This document shows positions 13,069-22,918 of a stretch of DNA of 56,790 nucleotides, in pieces (the stretch's first letter is position 1; every line of letters begins with the position of its first letter). A program made the position numbers and the translations under genes. The notes beneath the pieces are model-generated. The model did no database searches. It was not told the DNA's origin and saw nothing but the letters and a program-made list of their open reading frames with translations. The stretch comes from a virus (lineage: Duplodnaviria; Heunggongvirae; Uroviricota; Caudoviricetes): positions 1 to 56,790 of IMG/VR virus record IMGVR_UViG_3300021400_000048; one strand, 5' to 3'.

Positions 13069-15627
13069 CTAGTCAATTAATAGTGAATATAAATCAACTT
13101 TTGTATATATAGTTCCATTAAAATCTAAACTGTATTCACCGGATAATAGTGCTAATTTTACTAATGTTGGTTCATTTACAGTGCAAGTTACTGTATAACG
13201 CTTATTTGTTGAATCATATGAAACAGAAATATTAACATTATTAGTATTAGTACATTCATAGGATAATAAGAAAATAGAATTTTCTGCTGTATCTGGACTT
13301 GTTCTATATTCAATACTTCCAAAATTGTCTACAGTTTTCCACTCATCAGAACCGCCATTAGTTCCAATATCAAGATACATTAAATAAGCACCAGTTCCAC
13401 CATCAACAGAACCTAATGCATATTCACCCTCATTTACAGGAACTTCAAAGTAATATACAGCGTTATCTGTTAAGCTATTTTGACGTTTAATTTGTGAAGT
13501 GGTGAATATTAATGAATATTCATTTGTTAATGTTTCAGAATATGTATTATCATTATATTTATAAATATAGCTGTGTCTAGCAATTCCATCACTATAAATT
13601 TCTTTAATTTCTTTAATAGCAGTGATCTCTCCAGTTTCTTCATCACGTTCAATATGATGCAAACTAAAGAATGAATTATTATTTGCAAAATACGTTCCAG
13701 CAAAGAAATTAATATAACCTTTTTCAAGTAAATTAAAATCTATAGAATTTGCTGGTAATTGATAATTTGATTTTTCTTCACCATTTATTAAAGCATAATT
13801 AGCTGTAACAATATTATTTAAATCAATTAAACCTGACATGAAGTGAAGTCCATAAATATTATCGCTTGAAATCATGTCTAATAATTTTCCCGCTGATTCA
13901 GAGTATTTTTTAAAATTATTTGCAGAGACAGTTTGTCGATTACCATTTTTATCAATAGTATAAACTGTTCTTAATGCTCCATCTGAATAACTATTTGAAA
14001 TATCTGATGTAGAATACTTAGAGACACGAATATCACCAGATTTTACTGGGTAAGTTCCTGATGTTGTTCTATCATTTGAGCCAGATACTACATAACCTGT
14101 ATTGATGTTAGCGGCAGTATAATCTGTATTTGTAATAAGAGGAAAATAAGTATTTGTTCCATTTTCATAATCAACATAAGAAGTCCCTTCAGTTCTGATT
14201 ATTTCATAGCCTATTTGTGTATCCAATGAAATATTTGCAGAGCCTGTTGCCATTCTCCAAGCATTATTATTATATTTTATATAATATATATTATTATTTC
14301 TTCTGTAATATATCTGTGAATTATCATCATCATTTGTAATTGTCCAGTTTGTACTTGATGTCGAAACATTTAATGTATAGGTAGTTGAAATCCAGCCACT
14401 TGTTGAATAATGTAAATAATATCGAGTTCCATCAATAACTGTATAAATAGTACTTCCAGAGATTCGCCATACTGTGGCATTTGCCGCATTTGAATCAATC
14501 AAGCTTTCACCATCAGTTGATAAATAATGAGTTCCTGATGAAATTGTATAGCCAGTATATTGATTTCCTCTACTTTCAGTAATAGGTGTAACTGTAGTAC
14601 CTCCATGTAAATACATATAGTTTCCTCTTGCAGAAGAAAATACAAATGAACCAATTTTTTCTGAATAATAAGTATATGCTTGCCCAGTTAATGTATTTTC
14701 TACCTCTGTTGTACCATCTAATTTATAAATATTATTTGTATCATATACATAATTATTTCCATTTGTTGCACGACCAGCAACAGAGTATAATCTATTATAC
14801 ATTGCTTCCATATCAACAGAGCCACCCCAGCTAATATCTTCACCTTTAGCTTTTGCAGCAATTTCTTCAATTGACATAGCATCTTCGCAATATCCATAAT
14901 AACCTAAATTATTTACAACTGTTACATCACCTGTTCCAGAAATATTACAATTATTAACATAAATATTTTCTAAACTAGTCGCTGTTTCTATATGTCCTGC
15001 AATATAACCAACATAACAAACATTATCATCATGAGCAGTGTGTTCTTCATTAGTTGCTAATAATGTAGTGTCTGCTCTATCTACATTTATAGTTAAATTA
15101 TCAAAATAACAATTTTTAACATTTGCATCTAGACCTAAATAACCAAAGACTCCTACATCCGACTGTGCATCACCTGAAATATGTAAATTATTAATTGTTA
15201 ATAAATTACCATCAAAAATACCATTGAATGGGTGATCTACTGTGCCAATTGGTGTAAAATCAGTATAATGGTTCATATTTAAAGTTGTAGTTAATGTGCC
15301 ATTTTGATATTCACCATTATCATTATATAAATAAACTTTATTAGTTCCAGAATTATCTAAATCATATCCAATTTGAAAATAATAATTTTGTGTATCAAAG
15401 TCCTCTAATAATTGATATAATTGTGACAAATTATATAAATGTACAGGTCTTGTAATTACATATGGATCATCTTCTTCTCCAGTTCCACAATGAAAATAAC
15501 TTGTAACAACGCTACCTTTAAAATCTAAGTCAACAGTTGTTTGAGAAATAAACCAACCATATACTACTGAAGCACCAGAAAGCATAAATAATAAAAGAAA
15601 TAAAATAATCAATAACTTTTTCTTCAT
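13069..15627 (-). CDS. Large exported protein with SipW-class signal peptide and GLUG/ZmpB-like motifs
   Basis: N-terminal TM ending VVYGWF; GTGEEDDPYVI, PIGTVDHPFNGIFDGN, VGVFGY. Confidence 0.75.
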   Translation of the reverse strand: MKKKLLIILFLLLFMLSGASVVYGWFISQTTVDLDFKGSVVTSYFHCGTGEEDDPYVITRPVHLYNLSQLYQLLEDFDTQNYYFQIGYDLDNSGTNKVYLYNDNGEYQNGTLTTTLNMNHYTDFTPIGTVDHPFNGIFDGNLLTINNLHISGDAQSDVGVFGYLGLDANVKNCYFDNLTINVDRADTTLLATNEEHTAHDDNVCYVGYIAGHIETATSLENIYVNNCNISGTGDVTVVNNLGYYGYCEDAMSIEEIAAKAKGEDISWGGSVDMEAMYNRLYSVAGRATNGNNYVYDTNNIYKLDGTTEVENTLTGQAYTYYSEKIGSFVFSSARGNYMYLHGGTTVTPITESRGNQYTGYTISSGTHYLSTDGESLIDSNAANATVWRISGSTIYTVIDGTRYYLHYSTSGWISTTYTLNVSTSSTNWTITNDDDNSQIYYRRNNNIYYIKYNNNAWRMATGSANISLDTQIGYEIIRTEGTSYVDYENGTNTYFPLITNTDYTAANINTGYVVSGSNDRTTSGTYPVKSGDIRVSKYSTSDISNSYSDGALRTVYTIDKNGNRQTVSANNFKKYSESAGKLLDMISSDNIYGLHFMSGLIDLNNIVTANYALINGEEKSNYQLPANSIDFNLLEKGYINFFAGTYFANNNSFFSLHHIERDEETGEITAIKEIKEIYSDGIARHSYIYKYNDNTYSETLTNEYSLIFTTSQIKRQNSLTDNAVYYFEVPVNEGEYALGSVDGGTGAYLMYLDIGTNGGSDEWKTVDNFGSIEYRTSPDTAENSIFLLSYECTNTNNVNISVSYDSTNKRYTVTCTVNEPTLVKLALLSGEYSLDFNGTIYTKVDLYSLLID

Positions 15628-15629
15628 AT

Positions 15630-16337
15630 TTAATCCTCCGAACTATCGGCAGTTACTTGTAATAAATAAATATCTGGATTATAAGTAATTACTTGTGTTA
15701 AATCATCGTAAGAAATTGTTCCAGTGTCTTCTACCAAATCTGGATTATAATCTATTTGAATATATGCGTCTAAAAAGACATCACTGATAAAATCACTATA
15801 ATCAGATAAAGTATACGTAATTGTAGTATTTTTACTATTACCGTTTACAAATGATAATTTATTTTGAATATTACTAAAATTATTTTCAGCACTAGAAAAA
15901 ATTACTGCTGGGTCAGTTTCATCAATTGTAAATAAAGCGATTTTAAAATATAGTACATTTGATAGACATTTTGTTTCACTACTTGTCTCTGAGCAGAAAA
16001 AAGTTAATGTAATTGGATCACCTTTTAAAACAGCAGTTCCAGTAAGTTGTAATTTAATAATAATAGAGGAATGTTCATTTCTTGATATAATAATTGAATC
16101 ATAAGGTGGAAGTTCAAAAGCATCTATGTCATTTGTTGCATCATACCCATGCAATAATTCACTATCATACTTATAAACAGTATGCGATAAATTAATAACA
16201 TCTTGACGTGCTGATATTTGTAAATTTGTAGCTTCTATTTTATCATTCATAGCAAACCATGCAAATGTTATACCTATAAAACAGCATAGTATAAGTATGA
16301 TATTTATAATAGATGTAATTAATATTTTTTTACGCAT
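15630..16337 (-). CDS. Exported protein, SipW-class signal peptide
   Basis: TM ending ITFAWF, then IEATNLQISA. Confidence 0.75.
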   Translation of the reverse strand: MRKKILITSIINIILILCCFIGITFAWFAMNDKIEATNLQISARQDVINLSHTVYKYDSELLHGYDATNDIDAFELPPYDSIIISRNEHSSIIIKLQLTGTAVLKGDPITLTFFCSETSSETKCLSNVLYFKIALFTIDETDPAVIFSSAENNFSNIQNKLSFVNGNSKNTTITYTLSDYSDFISDVFLDAYIQIDYNPDLVEDTGTISYDDLTQVITYNPDIYLLQVTADSSED

Positions 16338-16369
16338 ACTATTTCTCCTCTCTAAATAATTTAAAAATA

Positions 16370-16393
16370 AAGCCTAGAAATGCCTAGGCTTTA
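16370..16393 (-). terminator. Internal terminator or stabilising hairpin
   Basis: AAGCCTAG-GCATTT-CTAGGCTT-TTT. Confidence 0.6.
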
Positions 16394-16412
16394 TTAAAAC
16401 TTAATTAGTTAA

Positions 16413-17165
16413 TTAGTTGCCTTGAGCAACAGTTTCTACACCAAATGATAATGTAATTGTAGCACCTGCTAAGTTAGCAATGTTGTTTGTAAATACATTA
16501 GTATCAGCACCATTGTAGTAAATGTAAATATCTAATGCGATTAAAGCTTGATCTGTAACAGTTGCAGCTAAAACTTCATTTGAAGTTGTATTAGTTGAAT
16601 CAAATTCAATAGCTTTACTTGAAGAAGCAATAACAACTTTAACTGGTGAATGAGTCTTTGAAGTTCCGCTTAAGTTTTCATCTGTTCTTTGAGTTAGAGC
16701 AAAGTTGTTAACTTTTAAGTTAGTTGCTTGATTTGAACCCTTAGCTAAAGTTACATATACAGTCTTTTTAATTACATATTTTGCAAAGTTTTCAGCAGTT
16801 AATGCATTTTTAGTGCCATCTTTAGCAGTGCTTGCATCTGGTGTAGCAGCAGTTTCAAAATACCAGTTTCCAACATTAGCAGCATCTGCAGCATTTGTTA
16901 ATTCATCATGAGCTGATGGATAAACTTTTAAGTTAGTTTCAACAGTCATAGGAATTGTAACAGCATTATTTGTTTGAACAGCATTTAAATCATTTACATC
17001 ACCGATGATTAAGAATGTTGAATCTGATTTAGCACTAATTTGCATACCAATTACTTCAACAGTTTGGTTCATTGAGAACCATGCATAAGTAGAAGTCCCT
17101 AATGCTATGAAAGCAAAAGCAACAGCAATAATAGACATTAATAATTTTGTAGTAAATTTTTTCAT
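16413..17165 (-). CDS. TasA/camelysin-like exported protein (putative major fibre subunit)
   Basis: TM ending TSTYAWF, then TVEVIGMQISA; Ala/Thr/Asn-rich. Confidence 0.7.
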   Translation of the reverse strand: MKKFTTKLLMSIIAVAFAFIALGTSTYAWFSMNQTVEVIGMQISAKSDSTFLIIGDVNDLNAVQTNNAVTIPMTVETNLKVYPSAHDELTNAADAANVGNWYFETAATPDASTAKDGTKNALTAENFAKYVIKKTVYVTLAKGSNQATNLKVNNFALTQRTDENLSGTSKTHSPVKVVIASSSKAIEFDSTNTTSNEVLAATVTDQALIALDIYIYYNGADTNVFTNNIANLAGATITLSFGVETVAQGN

Positions 17166-17255
17166 AAATTTTCTCCCATATTTTTTTATATTATATATTA
17201 TTTTTTATTGACCTTTTTAATCAGAAAATTGAATTTTCATCACATTTAAATAAAT

Positions 17256-17972
17256 CTAATCATCTTCAACAAGAGTTTTAACAATGTTAAACGTCATGTT
17301 CATTCTTAATTGTCCACCCATAACAGAGTCAATACAATCTTCATCCCAACCTTCTAACCAAATAAATAAAGTGTACTTTTTGACATCACTAGGTCTAAAA
17401 GACTCAAAAGTGTTTGTGCACACTCTACCATTTGATTCAAAGTCTTTTGACAACTCATATGGGGTATGATCGTAGTAATTTATTGGATTAGAATCCGCTT
17501 TTCTATAAATTGATAAATGTGTTAAATCATCATCTTGTATTAGCATCACTCTTGCAGCTGCATCAATATTTTTTGTAACATTTACAATATCAATATTGAA
17601 TTCTACATCTACAATTGTGTTTCCTTCGTTCATAAGATAGAAGGTATAGCCAATATAAGTTAATCCTTTCGGATCATCAAAGTCACCATCTGTTGACATA
17701 CATTCTTGTATTGCTATATCATCAAACGATACAGGCATTGAGTTGTTAACTGGGTTAACCAACAAACGAGGACTTGAAGTTGTGAATTCTTTATTATCTG
17801 ATAAGATAATACCTGTCCTAAAGGCATCATCACCAAGTGATATAACGAATGTTCCCATGTTTTGACCAAAGAACGCTAACACACCGATGATTGCTGATAA
17901 CAAACCTGTAACTAATATTCCAAGAAGTAAGAAGTTCTTGGTAATCAGATACTTCGTTGTCAGTAATTTCAT
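17256..17972 (-). CDS. Membrane-anchored protein, first gene of the riboswitch operon
   Basis: TM ending GVLAFF; KKYTLFIWLEGWD..C C-terminal motif; SD GGAGGTG. Confidence 0.75.
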   Translation of the reverse strand: MKLLTTKYLITKNFLLLGILVTGLLSAIIGVLAFFGQNMGTFVISLGDDAFRTGIILSDNKEFTTSSPRLLVNPVNNSMPVSFDDIAIQECMSTDGDFDDPKGLTYIGYTFYLMNEGNTIVDVEFNIDIVNVTKNIDAAARVMLIQDDDLTHLSIYRKADSNPINYYDHTPYELSKDFESNGRVCTNTFESFRPSDVKKYTLFIWLEGWDEDCIDSVMGGQLRMNMTFNIVKTLVEDD

Positions 17973-17994
17973 AACTAATTACCACCTCCTTAAA

Positions 17995-18085
17995 AAATAA
18001 AAACCAATTGCTTTTTGCAACTGGCTGTCTCTTCTTAGACCCTATAGCTTTGCGTCACAAGATTTCTCTTGCTTTGCCTTAAATT
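17995..18085 (-). promoter_or_regulatory. GEMM-I (c-di-GMP-I) riboswitch, downstream copy, G20 type, with terminator
   Basis: GGCAAA-GCAAGA-GAAA-TCTTGT-GACGCAAAGCTATAGGGTCTAA..GACAGCCAGTTGC; terminator CCAGTTGC/GCAATTGG-TTTTTT. Confidence 0.9.
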
Positions 18086-18116
18086 ATACGTACTAAGCTT
18101 TTTATTAAAATAAAAT

Positions 18117-18205
18117 AAAAAGCCACTCGCATAATTGCAACTGGCTACCATTTCAGGTCCTATAGCTTTGCGTCACACAGTTTCCTGTGTTTTGCTGAAT
18201 AACTT
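18117..18205 (-). promoter_or_regulatory. GEMM-I riboswitch, upstream copy, A20 type, with terminator
   Basis: AGCAAA-ACACAG-GAAA-CTGTGT-GACGCAAAGCTATAGGACCTGAAATGGTAGCCAGTTGC; terminator GCCA-GTTGC/GCGA-GTGGC-TTTTT. Confidence 0.9.
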
Positions 18206-18247
18206 TTTTACATTTAATTTAGCTAATATTTTAACTAATATTTTTAG

Positions 18248-18445
18248 CTAATTTCTTTTTTTAATCTTATTTATCTTTTCACGTCGTTTTACATTATCTG
18301 CAATTTTATTTTCTTGGTCAAATAACTTTGTTATAAAAATTCCAAAAATAAGTAAACAAACACATATAATTCCTATTAAAATGCCACAAACAATTTCATT
18401 ATCGGCTTCAACAGCTCTAGCTAAGAAATTATTGATTAGTATCAT
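18248..18445 (-). CDS. Small membrane protein
   Basis: Single TM with basic C-terminus. Confidence 0.65.
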   Translation of the reverse strand: MILINNFLARAVEADNEIVCGILIGIICVCLLIFGIFITKLFDQENKIADNVKRREKINKIKKRN

Positions 18446-18704
18446 TTGCAGAATTTTCCTCCGCTACTTCATTGTCAGTGACTTTATTTGAATCGTCTTC
18501 ACAACAATCTTCTACTACTTTTAATTTTTTAGTTTTAAAATAGGTTAACATTTCTTCTATCATTGCATAGCGTCCTTCTAATCTAAGAATTTCTTCTTTT
18601 GATTGTTCAATTTTATTTTGCTCATTAATAATAAGTTTATTAACCTTATTCGCCGTATTTGTAAGTACAACATTAATATCAATAATTTGTTTAGTGTCTG
18701 CCAT
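18429..18704 (-). CDS. Hypothetical coiled-coil protein
   Basis: 91 aa, SD AGGGAG. Confidence 0.7.
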   Translation of the reverse strand: MADTKQIIDINVVLTNTANKVNKLIINEQNKIEQSKEEILRLEGRYAMIEEMLTYFKTKKLKVVEDCCEDDSNKVTDNEVAEENSANDTNQ

Positions 18705-18767
18705 AAAAACTCCCTATAAAATATTTTATTTTATTTCATATTATTATACAATAATTTTTTTAAAATT

Positions 18768-18995
18768 TTAATATTTTGGCTTATAATTTTTCTTTTGGCG
18801 TTTTTTTGCTTCAATTGACTTTAATTTCTTTTTAAGTGATTTTGGAATAAAACATTCACGACGTTTACATTCATACAAAATTTGGTCATCTAATACCTTT
18901 TTCTTAAAACGACGAATTAATGAAGTTATATCCTCAAGCTCACCTGTTTCTCTGTTACGATATGCAATAACTTTTGCCATTTTTGAATTTGTCAC
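18768..18995 (-). CDS. rpsU: Ribosomal protein bS21 homolog
   Basis: E.ITSLIRRFKKKV...ILYECKRRECFIPKSLKKK matches the bS21 pattern. Confidence 0.85.
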   Translation of the reverse strand: MTNSKMAKVIAYRNRETGELEDITSLIRRFKKKVLDDQILYECKRRECFIPKSLKKKLKSIEAKKRQKKNYKPKY

Positions 18996-19043
18996 TCCCT
19001 CTCTAAATTATAAAATGTTAATACTATTAATTTAGCACATTTT

Positions 19044-20045
19044 TTATTCTTTTTTCTTTTCTTTCTCTTCTAACTTATGTTTATTATACAAAACAGCATA
19101 ATCTTTGGCTGCCATATTAATACAACTTTTATCTAAGGACATCTGTAAAATCTCTAAATAATTAGTATCCCCTGTATAGTAAAATTCACCAGTAGTCATA
19201 TCTGTCTTAGACCTTGAAGTTCTTAGCCAAATAGAATAATATGGACATAAATACTTTGTATCAAATCTTGCTTCTGGGTTTGTTTTACTATATATACAAT
19301 AATTACATAAAGCAGATGGTGTAGGTGCATATTCTTTGTTTTCTATCTTTTTAAATAGCTCCTTAAGTTGTGTATGACCACGCTTTATCCAACCAGCAGT
19401 ACAAGTTTCTTGATATACATCACAACAAGGTAAGTCATAAAAACAAGTAACTTTATCTAAGTCTGCATTATATAGCTTTTTAATTGCTTCAGCATAAACT
19501 AAAAACTGTAATGGTGTTTTTATATCATTTTCTTTAGCTGGCTTATCCCAAGTTTTAATGTCATGAATAATATAAGAATCTGTAGCTGTATCATATAAAA
19601 GCCTATCTATGGCACCTTGAAAACTGACACCTTCAATCTCAATATCTTTAAAGTGTAGCTCAGTTCCAATAATTTTATATGTTGGATGACATTTTATAAA
19701 GCTTTCAAGTCTATAGATTCCATTATCTAAATACTCTCGTGCTAACTTAGCATACTGCTTTTCAGCATTAAAATATTCTTTATTATATTCATATTGAACG
19801 TTGTACATTTTTAAAATAAAATCATTTTTATATTGAATATAATTTATTGGCTTTTCATCCTTAATGTCATTTGCAATAGCTTCTTCTACTGCATGAATTG
19901 CTTTACCAAAAACTGTTGCAATATTTTGTGAATATGGATTTATATGCTCATTATATAACAAATTATACATGAACGGACATTGCTTGTATTTATCTATTTT
20001 TGAATAACTTGCATTTTTTAATAATAACTTTTCTGTATCTTGCAT
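19044..20045 (-). CDS. PD-(D/E)XK exonuclease (RecB/AddB/Cas4-like)
   Basis: SYSKIDKYKQCP, FGKAIH, GAIDRL, HDIKT, Q..VY, C-terminal C..C. Confidence 0.8.
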   Translation of the reverse strand: MQDTEKLLLKNASYSKIDKYKQCPFMYNLLYNEHINPYSQNIATVFGKAIHAVEEAIANDIKDEKPINYIQYKNDFILKMYNVQYEYNKEYFNAEKQYAKLAREYLDNGIYRLESFIKCHPTYKIIGTELHFKDIEIEGVSFQGAIDRLLYDTATDSYIIHDIKTWDKPAKENDIKTPLQFLVYAEAIKKLYNADLDKVTCFYDLPCCDVYQETCTAGWIKRGHTQLKELFKKIENKEYAPTPSALCNYCIYSKTNPEARFDTKYLCPYYSIWLRTSRSKTDMTTGEFYYTGDTNYLEILQMSLDKSCINMAAKDYAVLYNKHKLEEKEKKKE

Positions 20046-20134
20046 GTCATTTATCCTTTAATTTGCAATATAAGGCTCAAAATTTAGCCTGTATCGCATT
20101 TTCTATATTTTTCTTAATAAGTTTAAGTATTTAA

Positions 20135-21076
20135 TTAAAAGCTTAAAATTCGGCTTAAAATATAATCTTCTTTTTGATATTCATCTAAATCTAATTTACC
20201 TTCTTTAATGCGTCGATCAATATCAGAAATAAATTTTAAAATATTTTTAGTTCTTTCAATCATAGCTGGATTTCTACCATATTGACTTCTTAAATAACCA
20301 AACTGCTTTGATGACATATGCAAAGCTTCAGCAGTAGCTGTTGGTGCTAATACTAGACAAATATCTCTAAATTTTGGTACTAATAAAGCTGTTAAATAGG
20401 TTGCTTGAAAATCACAATATTCTCTTACTCTCCACGCCTCTTTAATAAAATCTTTATTATTTTTAATAATTGCATCAACTAAGTCATATGTTTTTATCTG
20501 TTGAATTAAGTCTGTATTAGCTGCACATAATAAGCCATCAACAATACTATTTGCTTGTGCTTCATCAAATAATTTAATTTTATCTAATTCATTTTCAATT
20601 CTATATAAATCAACCTTTAACTTATTGTCTGTACCAAGTCTTGCACAACAGTTATATAAAGCTTCCGCGTGTTCATCATCAAGACCTTTACAAGAAACTT
20701 TAATATAATCAATTATTTGCCAAGGCTCAGGTAGCACAAATGATACACAGTATTCATCTACTCTTGCTGTAATAGATTTGTCTACTTTTTTGCATAAAAC
20801 AATAGTATTTGTAAATTGTTCATAATCAGTAAACTTTTCATCAAAATTATCAACTGTTAAAATATTTAAATATGAGTTATAATTAAATACTAAAGAAATA
20901 GCTGAAGTAACTGTTTCTTGTAGTGAATTAATTTTATTAATTGTCATATTTTTAACTGCACTTATTTCTTCAATATATTGCTTTGCTAAAAAATCAGTAT
21001 CAGGGCAAACAAAAATTAAGAAATCATCTGGAATATCTTTTTCTTTAATACTTTTCTTTAAATCAATTAATTGCAT
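20135..21076 (-). CDS. Clamp loader delta-like subunit (HolA-like)
   Basis: LYRIENELDKI motif; position in the dnaX-holB cluster. Confidence 0.6.
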   Translation of the reverse strand: MQLIDLKKSIKEKDIPDDFLIFVCPDTDFLAKQYIEEISAVKNMTINKINSLQETVTSAISLVFNYNSYLNILTVDNFDEKFTDYEQFTNTIVLCKKVDKSITARVDEYCVSFVLPEPWQIIDYIKVSCKGLDDEHAEALYNCCARLGTDNKLKVDLYRIENELDKIKLFDEAQANSIVDGLLCAANTDLIQQIKTYDLVDAIIKNNKDFIKEAWRVREYCDFQATYLTALLVPKFRDICLVLAPTATAEALHMSSKQFGYLRSQYGRNPAMIERTKNILKFISDIDRRIKEGKLDLDEYQKEDYILSRILSF

Positions 21077-21879
21077 GCTTGCACCTCATCATAAATATTT
21101 GTTAGCAAATTAACCAATGCATGTTCTTCTAAGCCACCAACAATAATCTTAGTTTGTAGAGCTTTAACTGCACAATTATAAATAATTAAATCTGTTAGCC
21201 TATTATTTTTTAAATAATTTTTATAGGCAACATAAATTAATGTATTTAAAAATAACTCAAATGTAAGTCTATCTTCATGCCATTTATCATTAATATATAA
21301 AGTTGTGGCTAATAATCTTGGATATGATAAAGCTTTTATATTATCTAAAATTAGTTGACTTAAATCATATGCTTTTTTGACATCATCAACACTTGTACTA
21401 ATTACTTGTCCAGGCGTTCTGCAAATATCATATAGTTCATCAAAAGCTTTAGTTTCAAGCCATTGAGTTTGCTTTAATTCATCTGCTGTATAACTTTCAA
21501 AATAAATTTTTGTACATCTATTTAAAATAGTTGGCAAAATACCAATTTCAGAATTAGCAGTTAAAACAATAAAAGCATTTTCACCAGGTTCTTCAATAAA
21601 CTTTAAAAATGAATTTTGAGCTTTGCCTTCTTTAGTTAAGAATTTTCTTAAATCAATTAAATATAAAGTGCCAAGAACAGTATATTGATAATCACTTAAT
21701 TGTGAAGGCGTTAAAGCATCTGTAATTTCAACAAAATTTAAATCAAGTCTATTTGCTAGATACTTAGCAAATGTTCTTTTTCCACAGCCTTCTTCACCTA
21801 AAAATAATATTGTTTTTGGTACTGTTTTTATAGTATAGCTATCTAACTTTTCTAATAGCTTTTTTTGACCTACAAGCAT
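21067..21879 (-). CDS. Clamp loader delta-prime-like subunit (HolB-like)
   Basis: GEEGCGKR, AQNSFLKFIEEPG, ILPTILNRC. Confidence 0.75.
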   Translation of the reverse strand: MLVGQKKLLEKLDSYTIKTVPKTILFLGEEGCGKRTFAKYLANRLDLNFVEITDALTPSQLSDYQYTVLGTLYLIDLRKFLTKEGKAQNSFLKFIEEPGENAFIVLTANSEIGILPTILNRCTKIYFESYTADELKQTQWLETKAFDELYDICRTPGQVISTSVDDVKKAYDLSQLILDNIKALSYPRLLATTLYINDKWHEDRLTFELFLNTLIYVAYKNYLKNNRLTDLIIYNCAVKALQTKIIVGGLEEHALVNLLTNIYDEVQACN

Positions 21880-22907
21880 TATCTCACCACTTTTAATAAC
21901 ATTGTAATAATAGTTGACTTGTAAGAAGGATCATTTTTAATTGCTGTTTTAATTTCTAAGAATAAATCAGCTAAGCCATTAAAGAAACCTAAACTTTCTT
22001 TATCATTACCAACAGTATACTTAATATTAATTGAATTATCTTGCGTATATTCTAAGTAAGCAGGAATTGTCGTTAAACTAATATCTTTAAATAAAATATA
22101 TTTAATTAAATCTAAAATAAAATCTAAATATGCATTAACAAATACTTTTAAATCTCTGCCAGAATTATACATCTTTTCAATAAACTTAATTACTTCGGCT
22201 TCATTTCTATCAATTAAATAATTTGTAAATCTCATCATAATTTCATATGAAAAGTCGCCAAGTAAATCTTTGGTATTTTCAAGACTTAAATCAGTTGATA
22301 AATCTGCACATTGTTCTAATGTTGTAATTGCATCACGCATCGAACCTTGACTAATTTTTGAAATAATATCACAAGTATCATCATAATTAGTAAAGCCTTC
22401 TTGTTGACAAATATATTTTAATCTGTCACGAATTCCGCCAGCTGATATATTAGCAAAATTATATCTTTGCATTCTATTTAGAACTGTTGCAGGAATTTTA
22501 TTTGGTTCAGTTGTACAGAAAATAAAAATTGTGTATTTTGGCGTTTCTTCAATACCCTTTAAAAATGCTTGCCAACCTTGTGTAGTTATTGCATGACATT
22601 CATCTAAAATAAAAATCTTATATTCACCAGTTAATGCTCTTTGACTTGCTTTTTCCATAATAGCTCTAACATCATCTACCCCATTATTTGAAGCACAGTC
22701 CATTTCAATTGGCTCGCCTAAACCTTGATTAATTGCTTTAGCAAAGATTCTAGCAATTGTTGTTTTACCGGCTCCCGTTTTACCTGAAAATAAATATACA
22801 TTTTTAAAACTTCTTTGCTCTATAACTTTTTCTAAAATTTTAACAGTAACAGTTTGTTCAGTTACTTCTGCAAAAGTTTGTGGTCTATATTTAACAGCTA
22901 ATGACAT
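21879..22907 (-). CDS. dnaX: Clamp loader gamma/tau subunit
   Basis: LAVKYRPQTF, GKTGAGKTT, ILDECH, LK.IEETP, SQGSMRDAIT; start moved to MSLAV. Confidence 0.9.
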   Translation of the reverse strand: MSLAVKYRPQTFAEVTEQTVTVKILEKVIEQRSFKNVYLFSGKTGAGKTTIARIFAKAINQGLGEPIEMDCASNNGVDDVRAIMEKASQRALTGEYKIFILDECHAITTQGWQAFLKGIEETPKYTIFIFCTTEPNKIPATVLNRMQRYNFANISAGGIRDRLKYICQQEGFTNYDDTCDIISKISQGSMRDAITTLEQCADLSTDLSLENTKDLLGDFSYEIMMRFTNYLIDRNEAEVIKFIEKMYNSGRDLKVFVNAYLDFILDLIKYILFKDISLTTIPAYLEYTQDNSINIKYTVGNDKESLGFFNGLADLFLEIKTAIKNDPSYKSTIITMLLKVVR

Positions 22908-22918
22908 TTTATCACCTC

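Noticed and set aside
19044-20045. CRISPR-Cas locus from the Cas4-like nuclease
   Set aside because: No array or other cas genes; context is the replication/recombination module
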